A stretch of DNA of 64,000 nt from Anthoceros angustus. Its lineage: Eukaryota; Plantae; Anthocerotophyta. Positions 46,671 through 59,600 of the stretch are shown one piece after another (position 1 is the first letter of the stretch; each line of letters begins with the position of its first letter). Location of the stretch: NCBI GenBank assembly GCA_010909165.1, contig VJWM01000238.1, positions 62,001-126,000 of the forward strand, read 5' to 3'. The notes under the pieces were generated by a model. The model did no database searches. It was not told where the DNA came from and saw only the letters and a program-made list of their open reading frames with translations. Both the position numbers and the translations under genes were made by a program.

Positions 46671-47059
46671 GCAGGCTGCACTCCCTTTTACACTAAATCA
46701 CTTCTCTCGCAGAGAAAGTCGCGCTTTGTCCAGACCAATCCGCGCTCTTGACACAAGACCTCCTTGCGCGCTTCTACACAGATCGCGGCGGCACGAAGTG
46801 GAAGCTCCGCGTCGGCCAGATGGTGGAAAGACACGTGGCAAGAGACCGGTAGAACAGGTGACACGGAAGCTGCCTTAGGGGCTGCCGTTTTGGTGAGCTC
46901 TGGCCTTTCCATTGCAGATGTTGATCGAGGGAATAATAAATGAGCTGAGACATGGTAGCCCAGCTAAGCTCTAATTCCGCACAGGCGGGGTTGCTGAAAA
47001 TGCGCTATCTGATGCTACTGGCTGACGAGGAATTTGGGAGGAGGAGGAGGTGAGAAGAA

Positions 47060-48619
47060 TCAATTTGATCTGGGTTGTTGTGGTTGCTTGACAGATCTCC
47101 TCTTCGATTCCAGGAGAGCTTCGAGCTCGGGGAGTCCTCCGACCATCTCCAGTTCCTGGTGACGAGATGGAGAGTCAGACATGAAGATCATGAATCGTGT
47201 GCTCGTGGAGACTCTAGGGTGTCGTGATTCGTTACCTTGGGGCCCAGGAACAAGCCGTATGGAACTCCTTGGAAGAGATCAGCGTGGTGTAGCTGCAAAG
47301 AAGGGAAAGGAGACCTGTTAGTTAGGCGAAAGGGTAGCCAGATAAGCATCAAGGGGTACTTGAAGGGACATACTTGATGCGCTGCTGCCACTTTCTTGAA
47401 GTAGGGCACGTCTGCAAGCGGTCCTACTGAAACCGACAGTGGACAAGTCCATCGTGGATGAACATGTAGGCAATGCCGAACATGGTGATGCCTAATCCCT
47501 GCAGAGACAACAGCCACTGGTTAGCTCTGGGGAAGAACCGTATTTTGGATGTGATCAGTCCGGTTGATGGTGGAAGTGCTTACTGCTCCGAAGCAGAGAC
47601 CAGGTACAAGGCCGGCATTGAAGAATCCGTAGGCCAACAGAGCAATAGCAGGGACCGCGTTTATTATAGCAAAGACGTCGTTGAGCTCGAACGGGCCTTC
47701 ACGAGGACGGTGGTGAGACTGGAAAGCAAGAAGGAGCTACGTTAAAGCACTTGTGCAAGGTGGTGTATGGTTCTTTGAAAGTGGGGAGGGAGATGAGGCT
47801 CAGCTCACCTCATGCATACTCCATAGAGAAGCATGCCACAAAGCCTTGTGTGCCCAACGAGCCCAGAATTCCATCCCTACCTGTCACACCAGACGGCAAC
47901 TGTCAAATCAACTGTTCCAATGTCAGCGTTTCTGTAGGCAGGCACAAAGACAGGTTAGAACTGTTGAATGACTTACTGCTGCTCCGACTGCAAGAGAGAA
48001 CGTTCCCAGCACCTCGGCAAATGGAACTTCTCCGGTTCCCTGATCAAGAACCACTTTATCAGCAGCATCCGAGAGGCAAAAATCATCTGGAGTACAGGAA
48101 GCATGTGAGATGGATTCTGACCTCTAATTGCCACACAAATCGGTAGTATACAGCTCCAGCAGCCAGGGTGGTGAACCCAATACTGGAAACAATGGCAGCC
48201 CACAGGTACGCGGAGCTCTGGGCCTGCCTCCGCATTGCCCTGTCTATCCGCCTCTTTTCGCTTGCCGCCTTCTCGGCATCCACAGCAGATGCGACCGAGG
48301 CAGCCAGCTGAAAGGCAGAGGAGGAAGAGGCTACAGGCTCCGCGTTCCCATTCACACCCACATCCAGAATATCCTCCACCTGCTCAGACGAAGCGGCCTC
48401 GTGCCCATCCTTGCTCAGCACCCTACAGACAGCGGCATCCCTTCTGCTCGGAATCCAGGACAGAACCCGGTGCGAGTGACGCAGGCCTTTGTTCCTCCGC
48501 ATCGATACAGCGAGCTGAGGCAGAGGAGGAAGCGGCAGCAGGCAATGCGCAACGTTTGAAGCAGGCACCAGAGCGGCGCAGGAATGGCCTGATGCCAGTC
48601 GGAATCTCACCACTTCCAT
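47060..48619 (-). CDS. BCH: Full-length beta-carotene 3-hydroxylase (7 exons, transit peptide); the apparent exon-5 frameshift near 47430 may be a consensus error
   Basis: ATG at 48619 (MEVVRFRLAS...), then SAYLWAA, VGMEFWARWAHKALWH, SHHRPREGPFELNDVFA, VHDG-type box, GVPYGLFLGPK and ELEMVGG. Confidence 0.85.
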
Positions 48620-50639
48620 CCTTCCCCAAACGAAACAAAACAACCTGCTCTCCGCAAGCAGTGCAAGAGCTGATTAACACTCCGGCATTCAGCAAAAACG
48701 CTTCCCGAACTCCCAGCCTCCAAGACTTTCAAACAGCGACATGGGCACAGCGCCAATCCACCAGACTCCCTTACACAGGCAGGGCCCAAGCAGCCCAAAA
48801 CCAAAACCCGCCCCTGAATCTATTTTACCATACTGCTCTCCATGCTTGCCCCTCCACTCAAACAGCTGCGACCGCCCTGCCCCTTTCCTCCAGAAACACC
48901 CACCTCGATCTCAGGAAACAAAAATGCAGAAGACGCTCAGAATCCCGAACTCCTTGACCGGATAATGCAGGGGTGAACAATGCGGGGCAGGGAAGGCGGA
49001 AACGGAAATGCCAGAGCCTGGAGGCAGCAGGAGGCCGAGCAGCAGCAGGGCAATGCACCCGCAGGAGTTTGAGAGGCCGGGGGGAGGCAGGCGTGGCAAA
49101 GCAAAACCTGGGGGCTCTTCCACCACCTACACCTCACCTGGCCCTTCCTCTTCTGCACCGCTGCTTCTGCTTACTGGCTGCTAAGAATTTCGTGGGGTCA
49201 AAGCTTTTCAGTCCCGTTTGTGATAATCCTGCTGATAAATAGTCACCCGAGTTCCGATAGAACCAATAGGGGACGTGGCTGCACAGCATGCACAGATTAG
49301 GTTTTCACCTGGGTAAAGAAGAGGTGCCCATGTCTTGCTTCACCATGTGGGACTTTCCTACGGGCTCTGACATGGCAACGTGGAAGCTGAGGATGAGCCC
49401 AAGAAGCTGAACCTCCCGTGTTTTCCTCACTGTGTCTCAGGCTGACGCCTTTCTACCACCAACGGTTTTCCAGTCTGCCTTCTGCTTATCTGCTTAGTCA
49501 TTCCAATCTCACATTATGCACACGCTAGCATTACACAGTACGTTGAGGACTTTGGTACAGTCAGAAGAACAGAAGGACAGATTCCCAGATTTCTACTCTT
49601 CTCCGGCATTCAGCTTACTATGCAGTGCGTGGGTCCACAGTTTGTGACGTGTGGTCCCCAACCGCGACAGAAATTTGGCAGAGGGAGCTGGGACCGGGGT
49701 ACCTGATCATTTGCTGCTTTTGTGTCTGTATGTCCGAGTGGTCTCACAAATGTTCCATGAACATCGACTGGGAACTTGGTGGGAGCTGGTAACCTTGACT
49801 GGAGTCTGGGACGAACAAGGCTGGAACTGCCGTCGGTGTACAGTAACTATCAACAGCAACAGAGAGGGAAGGGAACCATCGCAAGAAGATGTGGAGATGG
49901 GCAAGAAGCCCTGCTTACTTGTGGGTCATGTGGTAGAGGATGGCCGCTGTTGCCTCTCAGAGTCTTCACACCTGCTTGCCTTCCAGCTCATGCCTTGTGC
50001 ATACATGCCTTCCAGTGTCCACGCTGAAGCAGGAGGTCAGCTCTTATAGCGTGACGGGGACCGTGGCCTCTTCTCCTTCTTCCTAAGATACTTCCTCAGG
50101 CTCTGCTCCATTGAAATTCCGTGCTGGAGAGGAGTTCGGAAATCTCCCATCATCGAATTGAGACGGCCTCATCCTTCGCCCTTCACTTGCATGGAGTTTA
50201 AAGGGGAGCCCAGCCGGCCCACCAGGTCGCTCAGCAGGGTTTGAGAAACGTGCACGGCAGATTTTTGGTCGGTCATGCATGTTCCAAGCAACATCCTCCT
50301 TAACAAAGCCACACGGAAACATCACCGTGACAAAAATACCAGATGTTCTTCTCACAGCATGGGAAGTAAATTAAGCTGCCGGTAAAACAAAGTTAGCATG
50401 TACAAAGGGCTCTTCATGCCACAGGTCCTCAGAGTTTGTCCTCAGACACTCCAGGAACTACGGGACAGCTAAAAACCTTGAACCTCCCGTGTCCACACCC
50501 TACGTACAACTGCTCTACGGCCGGAAATGGACAGCAGAGGCACTCCAGCCACAAGGAGGGTCACGGTGAAGTGTCATCGCTGACACTAAATGATGTACAC
50601 AAGAGCTAGGCAGAAAGCTACTACTATCAACGACCTGTA

Positions 50640-51800
50640 AGCGACCTGTTCTCCAGTGAGCAAACCAGTTGAGACATCTGCATTTGCAGACACTCGGTGC
50701 TGTCTACTGGTTTCAACTTTGGTTTCTCCTCTTCCTGACATTCAAGCGCGGCACACCCCACACTCAGTATCTCGGCACCGACACTGTCCCAGAATGAGGC
50801 ACTACTTGTTACCAGTTTGCACTATATACCTTCAGCGCGGTAGCATCGACAGTGAACTTGAGAGCGCAAATAATACATAACCGTCTTCAAACCTTGTACA
50901 TGTAGAGGAAACAGTTATAGCCTAAACCACACAGTTCCTGGGCATAAACAAGCTCTTACGAATCAGGAGTGAGGGATCACACCCTGCCAGGTATAGAAAT
51001 GCAGGGATGTTAACTTCCAAAAGATAAACTTCAGATCATACACCCATACACCCGCAAAATCAATCCCTCCAATCTTAGGGTCACGCCGAGTCATTACCTG
51101 TAGATGGCCTTCAAGAGAACTGATACGTTGGATAGATCCGTATGGAAAATGACTTGATTCTTCAGATCAGCAGTCCCATGTCCGTTAGGTCGTTCAAGAG
51201 ATGCTTATTAACCACAACAAACTCCCCACTGCAAAGCAGAGCACACCGTGTTAGTTGCCCCAGTGTCAAAGCAGATCAGACCAGATCCAAGACACCCACA
51301 ACATGTACACGTACCTGAGTACTTTCCTGCTGTAAATGTTGGAAGAGTACGGTTCGAAACATTTATTACTGCCTAGTATCTGACTGGTGGAAGCTGTTGG
51401 CATTGGGGCCCAAAGGAGAAAGTTCCGCTATCCACGCTTAGCAATGGATTCCCGAAGGTGTGTCCAGCCCCAGCGGCTAAAGGGTTCCACATCCCACATA
51501 TCTGGCTGCAAAACAGGTGAGGTAAAGGAAGAGAGGTGATCACACGACTTCCAATAAGCACTTGTGCACCAAACATAAAAGGGCTACTTCAAAGGAGCCT
51601 CTGGCCTACACGATGAGCATGCGACATGTTCACCTTGCTTGCTGGGCTGCCTTGAAATGACGAGTAAGGACCCTCTTCCACTGGCCTACACGATGAGCAG
51701 GCGACATGTTCACCTTGCTTGCGGGGCTGCCTTGAAATGACGAGTAAGGACCCTCTTCCACTGCAAGCTCAAATGACGTTTTCAGTGCTTCAGTGATTGC
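50640..51800 (-). pseudogene. RNR1: Ribonucleotide reductase large subunit (RNR1) 3' fragment, intron-containing and decayed
   Basis: ALKTSFELAVEEGPYSSFQGSPASK; [39 protein letters not shown]; GEFVVVNKHLLNDL; GLKT.MYYLRS...KFTVD with a deletion; MSQLVCSLENR. Stops and deletions throughout. Confidence 0.88.
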
Positions 51801-51930
51801 TTTGCATTGAAGCATTCAACGTTTTCAGTGCTTCCATGCAAACTTGTTACACGTTGTTACAGTGATTGCTTTGCATTGAAGCATTCAACGTTTTCAGTGC
51901 TTCCATGCAAACTTGTTACACGTTGTTACA
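51601..51930. repeat. Two adjacent direct duplications: 80 bp x2 (51601-51760) and ~69 bp x2 (51791-51930)
   Basis: Read directly. The 80-bp units differ at 2 positions. Confidence 0.92.
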
Positions 51931-52189
51931 CGCATCCTGAGTCATGGAATGAATGTAAGCAAATCACACCTCATGGCTAGGACCAACCATAAAAGTAAAA
52001 AAGCTAAGGGACAACTCTTGACTCGAACAACATATACGGATTCCAAGTTTCAAATTGAGCTTCCAATTTTGAGAACCACATCTTCTGGGCTGGGATAACC
52101 TTCTTCTTGTTCGCCTTGCCCTAGATGAGAACCAACCATGAGAACAGAACTGGAGGAAACACCTCAGATGAGAAAACCAATGATGAGTT

Positions 52190-53652
52190 GGCGTTCGTTG
52201 CCGTCGTGTAAATTGCGATAGCTAGCGCCTTTTACAAGGCGATGGCTATCCGTTGTTGAATAAAAGCCACCACCTGAGAAAGAGAGAGACCCGTCCTGTT
52301 CCGACGACTATGGTAGGCTTTAACACAATCCTTAATAAGTCAGGAAAAATCCTTGCCCATAGCCCCATGAGTCTCGATGGCAAGGAGGATCAAGACGTGG
52401 CCATCCTGCAAAGGTGTGTTCTAGTGTACCTTGGCAGTCGCGAATCCCTCCGCCGCCCAGCACGGAGGGTTGATAACGACATACTCACAAATGGACTTCC
52501 GGGTAGGGTCCATTACGACAACATCCACAATAGAGATTTGATCCTCCCATATTAGAAATAGATCCGCCATGAGCGACACCCCATTGTGCAGGGTATATGG
52601 ACGCTCCCTGTATGGAAAATAACCGCTCTCCTTGGCCATCGAGAACATGACGTCGTAAATGGCGTCATGCGTAGCGATACGTTGCCCTCTAGTTGAACAG
52701 CGAGCCAGGTGGGGCCCTAAGTCGTCGAGGGGGGCCCACAAGTGCAAGCTAAGAGAGAACAGGCCAAAGGCTAGACCAAACCCAGGCAGAACGTCATCGC
52801 AGTAGAAAAAGAAGCAATTCGGAACGCCTGGATGCAAGGCCGAGCCAGAAGCCAAGAGCCTGCTCCCTTCCTCGAGCAAGAGCGGATGCAGGCCTGGCCA
52901 ACTTAAGGGAAGCCTTCAAGATGGGAACATACCAGATTAAGAAACGAGAGGTGAAGACTGGGGCAAAAAGGGCCTAGTTCCCAAGGAAGGCTACCGGTGC
53001 CAAGGGCTCCATGGCCAGCAGACCTGTGCCCTCAAAAGCGATAAGAAGGGATGCCTGCCGCTTCGCAAAGCCCCCTACGGCACACTCGAAGGTCCCCGAC
53101 CCGACAATGTCTCCAAGTGCCTGCATGATATGTAGATCAAAATTTTGCAGGCTTAATAGAAAAGTTAGGGAGGGAGCCACCACCCTAATGAGGTAACCCA
53201 GCCGACGCACGAAACAAGACAAAAGGATGCCAAATGCCACTTAAGAGTCCCCTAATAGAGATAGGTCGTCGATGTGGGCCAAGTCCTCCTTTAAAGCCTC
53301 ATCCACAAAACCTTGAATAAAGGCCGAAGGTCCCATAGGGACCCACAAGACATGAAGTCATTGCGAAGGAACTATGTCCCCCCAGGAAATTGAAGAGAGG
53401 GAGTAATGCCAGACGAGGAGCAAACCTTGCACTTAAGAATCTTGACCCCCAAACACAAGCAGGAGAGCTCTGAGGAGAAAAGTGCGAAAGCTTCCTTGAC
53501 CTTGCCCCCGGGTCCTAAGATATGAGTGTCGTCCGCCACAGACGGAAAGAGACACTCCCTTACTACGCCGGTAGTAACGGCCACAGCCCTAAAGTGCACA
53601 ACGGCAAAGAGGGAAACCCCCAAGGGATCCCCTGCCTTGTGCCGGTCGCCAA
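52190..53652 (-). mobile_element. CRE/SLACS-clade non-LTR retrotransposon, 3' part (RT C-half plus restriction-like endonuclease), decayed
   Basis: GTRQGDPLG..LFA, SVADDTHILG, RQASL...GTGL, DDLGPHLARC..GQRIATHDAI, ADLFL...DVVVMDPTR, AIETHGAMG and QQRIAIAL. Confidence 0.8.
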
Positions 53653-56600
53653 CCCTACTAGAAATGGGCACCCTATGTTACACTTTATGTTAAGATTTGG
53701 ACCCCTGGATGTAACACTCATGTTACAATTTTGGGGTCATGTAACACTTTTTGGGCCCCTTGTTACACTTTGGCTTGGAAACCATACCACGGCATTGTTG
53801 CAATCATGTTGCAATGGTGTTGCAATTATGTTAAGATGAAGTGAGAGGTGGTTTTGCCCTCTCTCAAAATTGCAACATGATTGCAACATCTAAAGTGTTA
53901 CAAGAGAGGTCTTGTAACACTTTTGGAGGCTTGGTACCGAACCTCCTCCCCATCCACCATTGCCCTTTACTTTTGCCCTTTGAAATACCACGTTTTACTT
54001 GGTAGTTACCACCGATACGCCCTTCAATACGACCATATACAAATACATATCAATACATCCTTGTACTATACGCATGTAGTCTACGGTGATAAATGTAATG
54101 TATTATTCTAAGTGCTATACGTATTCAATTTCATATAAAATAAGTTTGTATATTACGTATTACATACATATTCATGATACGATACTTTGTATTTACTATA
54201 CGTGTAAATAGCGACGGCCCTTTATACCCCTACTTTATAGCATCTTGGCTTGCGGTTTGTCCTTCCCACGTCAACAATAGCCATCGGCTTCCGCCATGGC
54301 GCCCAAGAAGATATTGTCCCCACCTATCACCTTATTGTGACGCATCACGTGAGGTTATGCCCCTACAAGATTGTCTTTGTCGGAGGAGATTTGGTATGCG
54401 CTGGCTTATGCTTTTCTGCCTCCATGTAAGGCACTTCCTACTCGTCATCGTATGCACCTACAGGAAACTTCCGCCCTCCCGTTCGATTCGCAATTTTCTT
54501 CTTCCCCTCCCACTTGCGTTCGGCCGAGGCAAGCTTTGCCACTTCCTCCGCTTCCCTCCCTGCCTTCTGCAGGCACACATTGCACATACAAACCAGCATG
54601 GCCGTCATGAGTTATCCAGCGTTAATGGGTTTCCACAGCAAGCTGTCCATTTGCCTTACCTTCCCTCCAGTCCCTCCTCTTTTCTTCTGCCCTTCTTGCT
54701 GGACATTTTCCTCTTCCATCCTCCTTCTTCCGGTCAGCCGCGGCCCTGTCACTTGCCCACCGCCGCCTCCTCTACTCCTCCTCCCGTTTTCCTCTTTCGG
54801 CCTCCACCCTTTATCAGTGGCATTGCCTCAACGGGCTCCACTATGTGTGTCCATGCTCTCGGCATCCGAGGCTGCAAGGTATGTGTCTGCACGAAATTAG
54901 GCACATCGTCCTCTTCGCCTCCTGCTGCGTCCATGTTCTCTGCAGCGTCCCCCGTCCTGTCCCCGGCCTCCATCTGGCCTTTTGCGATATCAAGCACTGC
55001 ATGTTGCCCTCTTAGTCCTCCTTCATTCTCTCTCCCTCGACATCGCCTCATGTTCACGCGCCTTTTGCCCCTCGCCCACCATGGCTGCTGCTGGGTGATC
55101 CACTACTGTCCGTCCTCCGCCACCCGCTCCTCCTAGTCCCCCTGCGATTTTTTGGCTGTCCATAGTGCACACAAGTGTGTTTCTTCCTGGTGACGGTTCA
55201 GTTGCCCCCCTCGTGCTCCACCACCCGACTCCTGCCCTCCACACACCTTGTTCCTGCCCTCCATCGGCGTCGTCACTCCATCTGATCCCAACGGCCTCCA
55301 CCCTCCCCATACATGGCCGTCACTGGCGGTCTCGGGCACCCTCCACCTCTTTTCCATTATTTGCTTGCTGCCCACCGACCCTCGTTGCCACCTCCATTGA
55401 CCCCAATCCCGGCATGCGGCTTCCACCAACCCTAGGCAATCGTGGTGTCGCGGCACCACAATATCGCCCACACTGCCACTCGGTTCCCTCCGCCTCCCTC
55501 CTGCATGCTTCCTCAAGACCGCCGTCTCCACTTCCCGCTCCTTGTTCATCGCCGCCTTTCCCCATTCAAAGTCCGTTGTCCCTCGCCCCTCGGCCTCCTT
55601 CCTCCCAAGCCCCTTCCGCCATGCATTCCTTGATAGCCTCTCGTCCATGTCACCACCTCGTGCACCATCGTTGCCTCCACCCCTTCCTTCCGTCGTCTCG
55701 GAAAGGCCACCATATCGGGATCCATCTTCAATTCAATGTCGTTAAGCAAAATGGTCATTTCCTTGTTCTCCTTGCAATAGCCGAACCTCTAGGATCTTTT
55801 CATACACTCCCTATCTTACTGAAGGAACTCGGGCAGAACCCCACTATCGCCTTTCACGATTTCCACCCTTTCCCTTCTAGCAATCGCCACCGCCCGTCCT
55901 CGAAGGTTGCCTCCCTTGTCTCAAGCTTGAGCCTGCCCGGCATGCCAGTGCACATGTGTTACCCGTTTGTCCACCATGCCCACTCATCCGGCTGCAAACT
56001 TGAGCGTGTGCACACTTTGCCGGCGTCACTTGCCGTTAACGCAGTGCGAAACCCACCTCATCCAATGTAAATAGCTCTTCATCTATTTCCTTCACTTCAC
56101 GCGTGCTCCAACTCCGCATCCGTCGGGTGGGAGGTTCCACGTCTCAAAGTCGTCAAAATCAAGTGGGTTCGGCCATGTCGCCCGCCTCTTACCTCTCGGC
56201 CGTCTTGACGAGGAGGCCGCTTCTTCACATCGCCGATGTCGAATGGAGACCGCCGGGTGCGGTGGATGAGCGAGATAGCCCGAGGCCATTTGGCCCCTCA
56301 TCCTCCCCACCCGGATACGTGCAGTGGTGGCGCCGTCACTGGTGTTCGCAGCGCCTTCATGCGTGACTCCCCTAGCAAGCTTCACCTCGCCATACTCCCC
56401 ATCCTCGAACCGGTTGTCCACCACCTTCGTGCCATCAAGGCAATGGCTTCCTCTCGTGAAAGGTGCGGGCCATGAGTCCCCTGCCGAATTCAAGGCTGCT
56501 ATTTTGAAAAGCTTTGTTTGCAAAGGCCCGGTGGTTGTCATTTACTCCTCTTGGCGGGACGGTGTGCACATGCTACTTGCCCATAATCGAACAATTTTCG

Positions 56601-59600
56601 ACCACAACCTTGCGGACTTGGGAGCAAGTTTCATGTCCCATTGGTTGTCGTTACTCATGATGTATTATATTGCCCACATGGCGCACCGCTCTCAATGCGC
56701 CCATTCGCATTTACCATTAATCATCGTCTTCCAGACCAAAGATTGCCTTGTGCATCCGGAGGGAGGAGACAATAGACTATAACCTGCAAACCAATCACCA
56801 TACATGATTTATTCCACTTTCAGACGCGTGACTCGAGTAGCGTGCGCAAGGGTGACTTGTCATGTCTGGTCAACGGTATGGACGGGCACCAAACCATACC
56901 CATCCATTCCGCCAAGCAGACAAGACAGGTCATCGAGTTTTATTGCGTGACAGCATGGGAAGTACAAGTAGTGATCAAGGATGAAGGACTTTCCCATCCC
57001 AATGTTTAATTACGGTAAGCATATGTCCCCACATTGTGAGGTATAAACCGTCCCTGCTCACACGACGACTGCCGTGCCCCAGAGACGGCAAGAGCCAAGG
57101 GACGACGGCCCTCCATACCAGGTCCTTGATGGCGAGGGAGAGCAACCTCCCATCCATCATCCTCGATGGCCATCGTCATTGTGGAATTGCAGCCCTTGTC
57201 CTTAATGGCCATCGTCGGTTTCCACCACGCAACAATAATGTGCACACGCAATGATCCACAAAGCAGACACAGTCGGCGGGCGGCGGTTTTGACTTATCAC
57301 GGATTCCACAAACACTTTAGCTGCAGCATGGACTTGTAGGTAGGCGAATAGGGCCAAAAAGTGTTCACATCCGGCGCCTCACAGAACCCCACTATCGCCT
57401 TTCACGATTTCCACCCTTTCCCTTCTAGCAATCGCCACCGCCGTCCTCGAAAGGTTGCCTCCCTTGTCTCAAGCTTGCACCCATGCCAGTGCACATGTGT
57501 TACCGTTTGTCCACCATGCCCACTCATCCGGCTGCAAACTTGAGCGTGTGCACACTTTGCCGTCACTTGCCTTAACGCGAGTCTGCGAAAACCCACCTCA
57601 TCCAATGCGAAATAGCTCTTCATCTATTTCCTTCACTTCACGCGATGCTCCAACTCCGCATCCGTCGGGTGGGAGGTTCCACGTCTCAAAGTCGTCAAAA
57701 TCAAGTCGGGTTCGGCCATGTCGCCCGCCTCTTACCTCTCGGCCGTCTTGACGAGGCCGCTTCTTCACATCGCCGATGTCGAATGGAGACCGCCGGGTGC
57801 GGTGGATGAGCGAGATAGCCCGAGGCCATTTGGCCCCTCATCCTCCCCACCCACCGTCCTTGCACAATGGTGTTCGCAGCGCCTTCATGCGTGGCGCCGT
57901 CCACTATGGTGTTCGCAGCGCCTTCATGCGTGACTCCCCTAGCAAGCTTCACCTCGCCATACTCCCCATCCTCGAACCGGTTGTCCACCACCTTCGTGCC
58001 ATCAAGGCAATGGCTTCCTCTCGTGAAAGGTGCGGGCCATGAGTCCCTGCCGAATTCAAGGCTGCTATTTTGAAAAGCTTTGTTTGCAAAGGCCCGGTGG
58101 TTGTCATTTACTCCTCTTGGCGGGACGGTGTGCACATGCTACTTGCCCATAATCGAACAATTTTCGACCACAACCTTGCGGACTTGGGAGCAAGTTTCAT
58201 GTCCCATTGGTTCTGTCGTTACTCATGATGTATTATATTGCCCACATGGCGCACCGCTCTCAATGCGCCCATTCGCATTTACCATTAATCATCGTCTTCC
58301 GACCAAAGATTGCCTTGTGCATCCGGAGGGAGGAGACAATAGACTATAACCTGCAAACCAATCACCATACATGATTTATTCCACTTTCAGCGCGTGACTC
58401 GAGTAGCGTGCGCAAGGGTGACTTGTCATGTCGGTCAGCGGTATGGACGGGCACCAAACCATACCCATCCATTCCGCCAAGCGGACAAGGCAGTCATCGA
58501 GTTTTATTGCGTGACATGGGAAGTACAAGTAGTGATCAAGGATGAAGGACTTTCCCATCCCAATGTTTAATTACGGTAAGCATATGTCCCCACATTGTGA
58601 GGTATAAACCGTCCTGCTCACACGATGCGTGCCCGAGGCAAGAGCCAAGGGACGACGGCCCTCCATACCAGGTCCTTGATGGCCGAGGGAGAGCAACCTC
58701 CCATCCATCATCCTCGATGGCCATCGTCATTGACAATTGCAGCCCTTGTCCTTAATGGCCATCGTCGGTTTCCACCACCAACAATAATGTGCACACATAC
58801 GCAATGATCCACAAGCAGACACAGTCGAGCGGTGGAAGGCGGTTTTGACTTATCACGGATTCCACAAACACTTTAGCCTGCAGGCATGGACTTGTAGGTA
58901 GGCGAATAGGGCCAAAAAAAGTGTTCACATCCGGCGCCTCACAGCTGAACCCCCCAGCCATACCGTGTGTGGTCACCAGAACACCATGCCCGCACCATGT
59001 GGAAGGAACCACCTCGCCACCGAACGGCAAGTCCCCACGAGGATAGCCACGATGGTGCGCTCCGCCATGAGGCGGTGACACCGCCTCCAACCTTTGCAAA
59101 GGATCCTTGATGGCCATCAACGATTTCTAGTTGTGCATGAAGATGGAGACATGAACACACGCCTCGTGGTGCGAACTACCACTCCACGCCCATTTAGGTT
59201 TCCGACGGAAGCTAGCTCCGGCATACGTCAACATGTCCGTCATACATGGCATAAGGTAGCAAGGGAGAGCGCCCGCAGGCAGGCATGTTTCCGCTGAAAG
59301 ACAGGCTCGCCCGCAGCTGCGAGGATGACCAAGAGAAAGGTAGTAGCGTGAAGCGAGGGGCAAGGTGGTGACATTTAAAGCGGACCACCACCTTCTACAG
59401 CCTCTTGTGCCCCAGGCCACATCGGGTTGCGGATGAGAGGATCTTGAATTTCAACTGTTCCTTACATGTGACAAACCAAACATGGCAGGCTTTGATGGTG
59501 CCGTCGACAAGTGATTCTTTGGTAAATGCAATGAGTGTGAAGTGGCGCGCCATAAAGGAGCGAATGCGAAGTTTGTTTTCATGTCTCCTAAGGGCTGGAA

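Larger units (their letters stand above)
42310..48330 (-). repeat. Nested tandem array of four BCH-3'-end + IscA-upstream segments, junctions at about 43612, 45003-45011 and 46669
   Basis: CTGCAGGCTGCACTCCCTTTTACACTAAATC recurs at about 42388, 43688, 45008 and 46669, each time followed by near-identical BCH exons 7 to 3. Confidence 0.95.

Noticed and set aside
51601-51930. CRISPR-like array
   Set aside because: The repeats are adjacent duplications with no unique spacers, there are no cas genes, and the context is eukaryotic.
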